DNA from: a virus
Taxonomy: Duplodnaviria; Caudoviricetes
IMG/VR virus record: IMGVR_UViG_3300044878_000164
Coordinates: 1 to 44,678 of that record
Strand: one strand, 5' to 3'
Length of the DNA stretch: 44,678 bases
In this document: piece by piece, positions 32,430 through 40,783 of the stretch
How positions within the stretch are numbered: position 1 is the stretch's first letter
Layout of the letters: each line of letters starts with the position of its first letter
Notes under the pieces: generated by a model
Told to the model about the DNA's origin: nothing
The model's database searches: none
What the model saw: only the letters and a program-made list of their open reading frames with translations
Program-made: the position numbers and the translations under genes

Positions 32430-35414
32430 ATGGCCACGCGCTCAGTTATCGTCCGTCTCGAAGCCGAGGTTGCCGGGTTCGTGGCCGGTATGGGCCGGGC
32501 AGGCCGGGCGACTGACGACGTCGCCCGGCAGGTAGTGCAGTCCCGCCGCTCCATCGAGGAAAACTCCGCCGCCATGGACAAGGCGGGCAACGACCTGCTG
32601 ATCTTCGGCGCGGCGTCTGTCACCGCGCTGGGCGCCAGCGCCAAGGCCGCCATGGACTGGGAGAGCGCGTGGGCGGGCGTCACCAAGACCGTCAACGGCA
32701 CCCCTGCCGAAATGGATGCGCTGGAGGCGAGCCTCCGCGGGCTGGCCAAGACCCTGCCCCTGACCCATGAGGAAATCGCGGGTGTGGCCGAGGCCGCGGG
32801 CCAGCTGGGCGTGGCACGCGAAGACGTCGCAGGCTTCACGAAAACCATGATCGACCTCGGGGTCAGCACCAACCTGACCGCCGAAGAGGCGGCCACCCAG
32901 ATCGCGCAGATCAGCAACGTCATGGGCACCATGGCCCGGGAAGGGTCCGAGGGCGTTGCCCGGTTCGGCGCCACCCTCGTGGCCTTGGGTAACGCGGGCG
33001 CTTCCACGGAAGCCGAGATCCTGTCGATGTCCCAGCGGATCGCGGGCGCAGCGGCCACCGTCGGCGCATCGGAGACGGACGTGCTGGCCCTGTCCAACAC
33101 GCTGGCGTCGATGGGCATCAAAGCTGAGCTGGGCGGCGGCGTCACCACCCGCGTGCTACTCAAGATGTACGCCGCCGTCCAGGACGGCGGCGAGAAGCTG
33201 GACGCCTTCGCCAAGACGGCCGGCACCAGCAGCGCCGACTTCGCCAAAGCCTTCGGGGACTCCCCGGTCAAGGCGCTGGACATGGTCGACAAGGGTCTGG
33301 CCCGCGTCAAGGCCGAGAACGGCAACGTCGTCGCCAGCATGAAGGACATGGGCATCAAGGGCACCGAGGAGCTCCAGGTCATGCTGGCCCTCGCGGCCTC
33401 CGGCGACCTGCTCTCCGACTCCCTGGCGCTCGGTTCCAAGGCGTGGACGGAAAACACGGCCCTCGTCAACGAGGCCAACAAACGCTACGACACGACGCAG
33501 TCCAAGATCACCATCGCGTGGAACAACATCAAGGACGCGGCGATCGACGCCGGGGCGGTGCTGCTGCCCATCATTCAGGGCGTGGCGGAGTCCGTGACGG
33601 GGCTGGCCCAGACCTTCGGCAGCCTGCCCCAGCCGGTGAAATCAGCCGTGACGCTGTTCGTTGGCGTTGTGGGGGTGGCCGCCGTGCTGGGCGGCAGCAT
33701 GTTGAAGCTGACCACCCGCTTCGCTGAGAGCCGCGCATCCATCCTGGCCCTGAACGCTGCGGGGTCCCGGCTGCCGGGCACCCTGACCGCCATCGGCAAG
33801 GGCGCGGGCGTGGCCCTCGCCGCCGTCATCGGCTTCGAGGCAGTCAAGGGTCTGAGCAACTCCCTGCAGGCACCCACCGACTCGCTGGAGACCTTCACCC
33901 AAGCCCTGGTAGGACTCGGCAGCAACTCCGGCGCTCTGGACAACCTGTTCGCCAAGATCAGTAACAGCGACTTCGAGGGCAGCATCAGCAACGCCGGCGC
34001 CGCCATGGAACGGCTCGTCAACCAGAAGAACCCCATGGAAGCCATGGAGTCCTTCGGGGCGACCGTTCTCGGCATCGATAACGGCATGGCCAAACTGGCC
34101 GACGGGTTCGACAAGACGGACAAGGCCATCGCCAGCGCGGCGACGTCCGGCAAGATGGATCTCGCCGCCGCGGGCTTCAAGAAGGTGGCCGATTCCGCCA
34201 AGGAGCACGGCGTCAGCCTTGAGGAGGTCGGGAAACGATTCCCGACGTACCTGAACGCGCTGCGCCAACAGGCAAGCGATGCGGGCAAGTCCGTCACCGA
34301 GCAGGAGCTCCTGAACTGGGCCCTGGGCAAGACGCCCGATTCGATGAAGGACGCCGCCGGCGGCGCGGACATACTCAAGGACTCCCTCGCCAAGACCGGT
34401 GTGGAGCTGGACGGTGTCATCACCGACATGGACAAGTTCCTTGAGCAGCTGTTCGCGACCGGGCAGATCACCATGTCCGCCCGTGACGCGAATGCCGCGT
34501 ACAACGAGGCGCTCCGTGGGATCCCGGCCACCCTGAAGGAGATCGCGGATTCCAACGGCAAGATGGGCGCCACGCTTCTCAAGAACGGCAAGGACTTCGA
34601 CCTCTCCACGGAGGCAGGAGCGAAGGCCAACGAAGCGTTCCAGAACCTGGCGCGTAAGGGAATGGACGAGGTCACCGCCCAGGCCAAGGAAGGTATGGGC
34701 CAGGAGGACCTGCAGAAGAAGCTGACGACCACCTACGAGGACCTGGTCAAGTCAGCCGATCAGATGGGCATCCACGGGCAGGCCGCCAAGGACCTTGCCC
34801 GGGACGTGCTGGGCGTGCCGGACGGGGTGGACATCCACACCTGGATGGACGACCAGGCCAAGAAGGTGGCCGAGGATACCAAGAAGGCCGTCGACGCCAT
34901 CCCGAAGTACGTCTCGGTCACCATCGAGACCTTCAAGACCAGCTTTGAGAAGCGCGTGGGACTCGCTCCCACGGGCATCTCTGACGGGTCGGCCGGGCAG
35001 GGCGCCGGGGTATACGCCCCGGGCTTCCTCGGACCGAAGAAGGCCGGCGGCGGCGACCTCGACATGGCCCCCGGGGCCAAGGGCGTTGACAGTCAGCTGT
35101 TCATCGGGGCCAAGGGTGAGCACGTCCTCACCGCCCCGGAGGTCGACGCGATGGGCGGCCAGCAGGCCGTCTACCGGTTCCGCGCCCAGATCCGGGCAGG
35201 GAACGTCCGCGGCTACGCGGGCGGCGGCGGCATCGGCACCATCGGCGCGGTGGCGTCCTCCCAGTCGCTCCGAGCAGCAGCCGGGGGTGGTGGCACCCAC
35301 TTCGACTTCAGCGGGGCCACCTTCACCGCACTGGACCCCGCCGGACTACGCCGCGAAGTCGTTGCCGACATCACCTACGAGCTGAACAAGAAGAGCGGGG
35401 TGCGCATTGTCTGA
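32430..35414 (+). CDS. Tape measure protein (TP901-like core)
   Basis: 994 aa, Ala/Gly-rich helical; WESAWAGVTKT, AEAAGQLG motifs; follows the chaperones. Confidence 0.92.
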   Translation: MATRSVIVRLEAEVAGFVAGMGRAGRATDDVARQVVQSRRSIEENSAAMDKAGNDLLIFGAASVTALGASAKAAMDWESAWAGVTKTVNGTPAEMDALEASLRGLAKTLPLTHEEIAGVAEAAGQLGVAREDVAGFTKTMIDLGVSTNLTAEEAATQIAQISNVMGTMAREGSEGVARFGATLVALGNAGASTEAEILSMSQRIAGAAATVGASETDVLALSNTLASMGIKAELGGGVTTRVLLKMYAAVQDGGEKLDAFAKTAGTSSADFAKAFGDSPVKALDMVDKGLARVKAENGNVVASMKDMGIKGTEELQVMLALAASGDLLSDSLALGSKAWTENTALVNEANKRYDTTQSKITIAWNNIKDAAIDAGAVLLPIIQGVAESVTGLAQTFGSLPQPVKSAVTLFVGVVGVAAVLGGSMLKLTTRFAESRASILALNAAGSRLPGTLTAIGKGAGVALAAVIGFEAVKGLSNSLQAPTDSLETFTQALVGLGSNSGALDNLFAKISNSDFEGSISNAGAAMERLVNQKNPMEAMESFGATVLGIDNGMAKLADGFDKTDKAIASAATSGKMDLAAAGFKKVADSAKEHGVSLEEVGKRFPTYLNALRQQASDAGKSVTEQELLNWALGKTPDSMKDAAGGADILKDSLAKTGVELDGVITDMDKFLEQLFATGQITMSARDANAAYNEALRGIPATLKEIADSNGKMGATLLKNGKDFDLSTEAGAKANEAFQNLARKGMDEVTAQAKEGMGQEDLQKKLTTTYEDLVKSADQMGIHGQAAKDLARDVLGVPDGVDIHTWMDDQAKKVAEDTKKAVDAIPKYVSVTIETFKTSFEKRVGLAPTGISDGSAGQGAGVYAPGFLGPKKAGGGDLDMAPGAKGVDSQLFIGAKGEHVLTAPEVDAMGGQQAVYRFRAQIRAGNVRGYAGGGGIGTIGAVASSQSLRAAAGGGGTHFDFSGATFTALDPAGLRREVVADITYELNKKSGVRIV

Positions 35415-36153
35415 GCAACTGACCACATGGGCCGGTCGGACCCTTCACGGGACCGACCGGTTCGGGCAGTGGATCACCCTCGAATCGACCTGGGACGACA
35501 CCCCCGACACCAAAGGCGAAGAGGAAGACCGGCCAAACGCCGACGGCGAGTACGACTTGCCGATCTTCTACGCTGCCCGGTACATCACCGTCACCGGGCA
35601 CCTACACACCGCCAGCCACGCCAAGACCCACGAGGCCATGCACTGGTTCAACGGCGCCATGACGGGACGGTTCGTCGTCTCCGGGCACGGGCCCACGCTC
35701 TGGTGCGACGCCAAGCGAAACAGCGGGACCAAGTTCACCATCATCACGGACACGTTCGCGCAGTGGCAGATCAAGCTCAAGGCCGTGAACCCCCGCAAGT
35801 TTGGCGCCTCAAATGATTTTGTGCGCACGAACGGGACCGTGAGCGTCTTCCACCGAGGGAACTACGGCGCCCTGCCGACCGTGATCGTCCGCGGCTCGGC
35901 GGCGAACGGGTACCGGATCAACGGCCCCGGTGGGAAGCAGTACAAAGTGTCCCGGGCGCTCGTGACCGGGGTCCCGCACCGGATCGAGTTCCGCGACGGG
36001 CTCCTCCGGGTCGACGGGAACCTGGTCCCAGACGGCGTGGACCGAGCCGACGTCTGGCCGGTCCCGGCCGGCACAGCGACGGACTTCGACATCAACGTAC
36101 TCAACGGCGGCACAGCCGAGGCCACGATCACCGTCACCGACACCTACATCTAG
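35407..36153 (+). CDS. Distal tail (Dit-like) minor tail protein
   Basis: Immediately after the tape measure gene; LKAVNPRKF, HRGNYGALP. Confidence 0.7.
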   Translation: MSEQLTTWAGRTLHGTDRFGQWITLESTWDDTPDTKGEEEDRPNADGEYDLPIFYAARYITVTGHLHTASHAKTHEAMHWFNGAMTGRFVVSGHGPTLWCDAKRNSGTKFTIITDTFAQWQIKLKAVNPRKFGASNDFVRTNGTVSVFHRGNYGALPTVIVRGSAANGYRINGPGGKQYKVSRALVTGVPHRIEFRDGLLRVDGNLVPDGVDRADVWPVPAGTATDFDINVLNGGTAEATITVTDTYI

Positions 36154-36164
36154 GAGGGCAGCCC

Positions 36165-37244
36165 ATGGCCTGGTCCGTTCAGTCCTGCGACTCGACCACG
36201 GGCGCGAAGATCGGCGGGAAGATTCCGACGGCGGCGTTCCCGTGGGAGCGGGTCCTGAACTCAGGCGGATCCGGCCGGGCCGTCTTCAAACTCGGAGACC
36301 CCTCATTCGACGAGCTGGACATGCGCGACCTGACCGACCATGTCCGGCGGACCCTCGTCCTCGAATGGGACGGCGAACCCGTCGCGGCCGGCCTGGTCTG
36401 GAAGCGGACCTGGGACCGGGACACGCAGACCCTCACGGTCGACCACGAGGACCTCTGGTCCATTCTGAAGCGCCGCTTCCTCGTCCCGCAGAACACGACC
36501 GGCGTAGCGAAGGCGGCGCCGATCGTGTTCAGCAACGTGTCCGTCTCGACCGCCGTCAAGAAAACCCTGCAGGCCGTGACGTCCGATTTCCCGATGGCCT
36601 ACTGGGGAGACTTCACCGGATCCCGGAAAGAGACCTACGAGGCCTACCTGCTCAAACCTGCAGCGGACGCTCTGGAGGACCAGATCCGCCAGCCCGACGG
36701 CCCGGACCTGGACCTTCGCCCGATCTACACGGAAGGGCGGCTGCAGTGGCAGATGCGCTCGAACCAGGAGTTCGGGACCTACACCTGGAATCTCTCCGCC
36801 GCGCAGTCCGGGATCTCCGGCCTGCAGGTCATCGAGGACGCGACGAACCTCTCCAACAACGTCTTCGCCGTCGGGCAGGGCACCGAAGCGGACACCCTGA
36901 TCCGGGCCGATACCGCGCCGTCCCCGTATCCGCTGCTCCAGAGCATGGAAGCGGGCAAGGACGAGGACTCGATCGCGAAGCTCGACGGGATCGTCGCCGA
37001 GGGCCTGCGGATCCACGCCAAGCCGACCGAGCAATGGAGCTTTAGCATCCTCGCGAGCGGCGGCAACGGCGACATCCGGGACCAGACGAAGGTCACAGAC
37101 CTGCGGCTGAACGGTCTCCTGAGTCTGCACGACCAGGGCGACCGATGGCTGCCGCCGGGCAAGACCCAACACCGGCTGATCCGTTACTCCGGGGACATGC
37201 GCGAAAAAATTAGGCTCGAATTTCAACCGACCGGAGGGTCCTAG
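36165..37244 (+). CDS. Minor tail protein (baseplate hub-like)
   Basis: Position; WERVLN.GGSG, NNVFAVGQG, YPLL. Confidence 0.7.
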   Translation: MAWSVQSCDSTTGAKIGGKIPTAAFPWERVLNSGGSGRAVFKLGDPSFDELDMRDLTDHVRRTLVLEWDGEPVAAGLVWKRTWDRDTQTLTVDHEDLWSILKRRFLVPQNTTGVAKAAPIVFSNVSVSTAVKKTLQAVTSDFPMAYWGDFTGSRKETYEAYLLKPAADALEDQIRQPDGPDLDLRPIYTEGRLQWQMRSNQEFGTYTWNLSAAQSGISGLQVIEDATNLSNNVFAVGQGTEADTLIRADTAPSPYPLLQSMEAGKDEDSIAKLDGIVAEGLRIHAKPTEQWSFSILASGGNGDIRDQTKVTDLRLNGLLSLHDQGDRWLPPGKTQHRLIRYSGDMREKIRLEFQPTGGS

Positions 37245-37937
37245 ATGGCTGGTCTCGATGACCTGACCCGCGGCGAGCTCGCGAAGATGAAGCGCGACAT
37301 CCGCGAGCTGCAGATGGCCGCGCCGCTGCGGAACGCCGCCGTCGGCGCGGGCGGGATCCGGGTCCACTCCGGCGGCGTAATCACGATCGAGAACGGCGGC
37401 CTCCGCGTCACCGGAACCGCGGAGATCATAGGTACCCTGATCGCTTCGGGAGTCATCGACTTCACCGGAGACGTGACGATCTCCGGGCCGCTGACCATTG
37501 AAGGGACAACGGACATCACTGGGGACACGACCATAAGTGGTGATTTGGACGTCGAAGGCCCCATGAAGACCACCGGCACCCTCTCAGTCGAAGGCGTTAC
37601 CACGCTGAAGAACGACCTCAACGTGACCACGGGCGGGAAGATCAAGGTCGGCTCGTCCATGACTCTTGACCCGTCCGTCTCCTCCGGTGCGCTCGTGTTC
37701 TCCAACGGCGCCCAGGTCTTCACCGACGCAACCACGGTCCAGATGTTCAAGGGCGGCAGCGTTGTGCAGATCGACAGCAGCTCGGCGAAGCTACAAGCCA
37801 CCGGCGGCTACGTGAACGTTGACAGCGCCGGCGTTCGCCTCGACGGGCCGCTTAGAAACAGCAGCCCCTCGACGATTACCGGAGTTAGCCCAAACGTCTA
37901 CATGGACGGCAACGGCAACATCAAGAAGATCACCTAG
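37245..37937 (+). CDS. Minor tail protein (beta-strand repeats)
   Basis: Short coiled coil then repeated (I/V)xG strands. Confidence 0.65.
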   Translation: MAGLDDLTRGELAKMKRDIRELQMAAPLRNAAVGAGGIRVHSGGVITIENGGLRVTGTAEIIGTLIASGVIDFTGDVTISGPLTIEGTTDITGDTTISGDLDVEGPMKTTGTLSVEGVTTLKNDLNVTTGGKIKVGSSMTLDPSVSSGALVFSNGAQVFTDATTVQMFKGGSVVQIDSSSAKLQATGGYVNVDSAGVRLDGPLRNSSPSTITGVSPNVYMDGNGNIKKIT

Positions 37938-38338
37938 AGGTTGTCAGTGTTGTACTTCGTGCAGAAATTTCGGCTCGCATGCACAGCGATAGCATCCCCG
38001 TTGTCCTGCTTGATGTTCGTATTGCCGGCAAGTGCGGCTATCTCCGTGTGGGTCTTCCCCTGAGCGAATAGCTGGCACGCCTGCGCGGCTCCTTGGAGAA
38101 GTTCATCATCCGAGGGAATCACACCGTCACGCCAGGCGTTCGGCGATTTCTTGACCCCAGCAAGGAACTTGTCGCGGTTCGTTGGATCGGTGAACTCCGG
38201 GGCCAGTGTCGCCGTGGGCACCGCAACCAGCGGCGCGACCCCCTGAAGGGGCGCGGGTGACGATTCAGGCGAGGTCTGGGCCGAGCACCCCGTCAGCCCG
38301 AGCGCAACGACAAGTACGAGTCCCCCAAGTTTTCCCAT
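37934..38338 (-). CDS. Lipoprotein (DUF732-like), leaderless moron
   Basis: Signal peptide with lipobox LTGC; DDELLQGAAQACQ...ASRNFC; TACACT is 6 nt before ATG. Confidence 0.75.
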   Translation of the reverse strand: MGKLGGLVLVVALGLTGCSAQTSPESSPAPLQGVAPLVAVPTATLAPEFTDPTNRDKFLAGVKKSPNAWRDGVIPSDDELLQGAAQACQLFAQGKTHTEIAALAGNTNIKQDNGDAIAVHASRNFCTKYNTDNL

Positions 38339-38421
38339 GCGCTGAGTGTAACGAACCGCGCCCCGAATTAATACACCAAGGCCCCTCGACGGCCTTCTTC
38401 CCCATGCCCAGGAGGCAGCAC

Positions 38422-40167
38422 ATGGCGACCTTGACAGGTTCCACGAAGGATTTCAGGCCTCAGCCGCTGGGCTCTACCGCGTTGGTGATCATCACCCCGT
38501 TCGGGCCCGCAGCCTCGACGTCAAAGTCTCTGCTGGTGTCCAAGCCGATCATTGTCACGCCGGCATCGGACGGGGCGTTCAGCGTTGACCTTGCGTCCTA
38601 CGCCGGCACGAACCCGCCTACCGCCTACCACGTCCGGGTGGAGTGGCTGGACTCAGCAGGGAACTACTCGGCTGGCGAAGACTTCCCCTGGCCCCTCGTC
38701 GTCACTGGCGACGGCGCACTGACGGACATGTTCGCCATCCCCACGGCTACCGGCTTCCTCACCAAGGGCGACAAGGGCGACAACGGCGACACCGTCATGC
38801 AGGCCGCCTTCGATGCGCTCGTGGCACGGATGCCGAAGCCGGGAGCGCCGGACCGCTTCCGCGTCCGGGACAAGAACAAGAAGATCGCTTTCCAGATCAC
38901 ACCGGAGGGTAATGCCGACGTCGCCGGCGCCAACCTGAAACCGTCCGATGGGTTCAGGATCCGCGACCTTGCCGGCCGGATCGCGTTCGAGGTCAAAGAA
39001 GACGGCAAGACGTACATCTACGACCCTGCGTTCGGAGTCAGCGGGGGCGCGGCGGCAAGCGCCGCTCCCGTGAAGCTGCTTCATGCGTTCCTTGCCGTAG
39101 GCCAGTCGAACATGTCCGGCCGCGGGCTGCCTACCAGCGCCGCCCTTGACCCACTTGACGCCCGGATTCTGCAGTACGGGGCGACACGGCGGAAGATCGA
39201 ACCGGCCACGGTCCCGCTGGACATGCACGACGCCGCCTCAGGGCTCTCTCCGGCGACGACGTTCGCACGCGAGTACCTGGCGATGCAGCCGCCGAACGTG
39301 GGCGTCCTGCTTATCCCGGCCGCGCACGGCGGCATAGGGTTCACGACAGCGGCGGACGCGCTCACCTGGACCCCGAACGCGGCCAGCGCGCCGCAGTACG
39401 ACCTCCCCGCCCTCGCTGTGGCACAAGCGCTCGAAGCGATCGCAGCTGCGACCGCAGCAGGCTACACCGTCGTTCTGCGGGGGATCCTGTGGCATCAGGG
39501 GGAAGCTAACGGCACAATGTCGCAGACGTCCTACGCGACGAACCTTGACACGCTGATCGCCTACCTCCGCCAGCAACTGTCCGCGCCGACACTTCCGTTC
39601 GTTGCCGGGCAGATGTGCCCGGAAGGCATGGACGTCACGCCGTCGAAGTACAACGTGGATAAGGCGCACCAAGCAACCCCCGCCCGTGTTGCTTACGCCG
39701 GGTTCGCGCCGGCAACCAGGGACGGGCACAACGTCGGAGACACCACCCACTTCTCCCGCGTCGGCATCGAATACCTCGGCAAAACGTACCTGTCCGGATA
39801 CTGGCAGGCAGTCGGGAACGTCCTCGCGGCGCCCCCGTCCGCCCCCGTGAGCGTCACAGCAACAAAGACCGGAACCGCCGTCACCGTTTCATGGAAGGCT
39901 CCCCCGGCCAAACTCACGGCCGCCCAGGAGTTTGACCTGAACGGCACCGGGCTCAACACCATCTGGACCGCTCCGGCATCCCACATCGACGCCTACAAGG
40001 TGGAGACGAAAACCGGGACCGGCGCGTGGACCACGGCGACACGTGACGCGCCGATGAACCTCAACGAAACGGTCACTGTCCCCGCCGGCACCACTCAGGT
40101 CCGCGTCACCGCACTCAACGGCGGCACCGCCTCCGCACCCGTCACCACCACCGCCATAGGAGCCTAA
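38422..40167 (+). CDS. Tail-associated sialate O-acetylesterase (SASA/SGNH) with FN3-like C-terminus
   Basis: AVGQSNM, ILWHQGE, DTTHF catalytic motifs; PSAPVSVTA...VTVSWKAP...VRVTALN. Confidence 0.8.
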   Translation: MATLTGSTKDFRPQPLGSTALVIITPFGPAASTSKSLLVSKPIIVTPASDGAFSVDLASYAGTNPPTAYHVRVEWLDSAGNYSAGEDFPWPLVVTGDGALTDMFAIPTATGFLTKGDKGDNGDTVMQAAFDALVARMPKPGAPDRFRVRDKNKKIAFQITPEGNADVAGANLKPSDGFRIRDLAGRIAFEVKEDGKTYIYDPAFGVSGGAAASAAPVKLLHAFLAVGQSNMSGRGLPTSAALDPLDARILQYGATRRKIEPATVPLDMHDAASGLSPATTFAREYLAMQPPNVGVLLIPAAHGGIGFTTAADALTWTPNAASAPQYDLPALAVAQALEAIAAATAAGYTVVLRGILWHQGEANGTMSQTSYATNLDTLIAYLRQQLSAPTLPFVAGQMCPEGMDVTPSKYNVDKAHQATPARVAYAGFAPATRDGHNVGDTTHFSRVGIEYLGKTYLSGYWQAVGNVLAAPPSAPVSVTATKTGTAVTVSWKAPPAKLTAAQEFDLNGTGLNTIWTAPASHIDAYKVETKTGTGAWTTATRDAPMNLNETVTVPAGTTQVRVTALNGGTASAPVTTTAIGA

Positions 40168-40168
40168 C

Positions 40169-40774
40169 GTGGACATCGATCTGCAAACCTACTTCACCAG
40201 TTCGCTTCTCCCCTCGTCCCCGGCCCCCGGGTTCAGTGACAACTTCGACCGGACGCCCGGCCCGCTCGGCAAGACCAGCGGCGAGGGACGCGACTGGAAG
40301 TACTTCTCGAGCGATGCTGTGGCGAACTGGCAGATCACCGCCAGCGGCCGGGCACGCCTGGCGAGTGGCGGCGGCCTGAACATCGCCGCCGTCGATTCGT
40401 TCGCCAGCGACGGCACCCTTGCGCTGCAGTTCATGGCGAACAGCGGCAGCAACACCCACTCGGGCCCCGCGTTCCGCGTCCAGGACATCAACAACCACTA
40501 CTTCATCCAGCAGCCGACCGCTGCGGAAGGAATCGTCCTTTACGTGCGCGTAGCGGGCGTGGCGACGCGCATCTACACCGGGACGACGACGTTGAAGGCC
40601 AACGACATCGTCAGCGTGACCTTGCAGGGCACCACGATTTCGGTGGCCGTCAACGGGACTACGAAGTTCACCGTCACGGATTCGACGTTCGTGGGCGAAA
40701 CCCGGCACGGCATTTTCACCAACAACGATTCCACCGGCTACGAGTGGGACAACGCCAGCTTCACCGCAGCCTAG
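40169..40774 (+). CDS. Beta-sandwich (ConA/lectin-like) minor tail protein
   Basis: FSDNFDR..., GTTISVAVNG, WDN C-terminus. Confidence 0.6.
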   Translation: MDIDLQTYFTSSLLPSSPAPGFSDNFDRTPGPLGKTSGEGRDWKYFSSDAVANWQITASGRARLASGGGLNIAAVDSFASDGTLALQFMANSGSNTHSGPAFRVQDINNHYFIQQPTAAEGIVLYVRVAGVATRIYTGTTTLKANDIVSVTLQGTTISVAVNGTTKFTVTDSTFVGETRHGIFTNNDSTGYEWDNASFTAA

Positions 40775-40783
40775 GAGGCTCCC

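Noticed and set aside
21565-37801. Long antisense ORFs opposite the structural genes
   Set aside because: Shadow ORFs expected from high GC3 codon bias; no motifs or expression signals.
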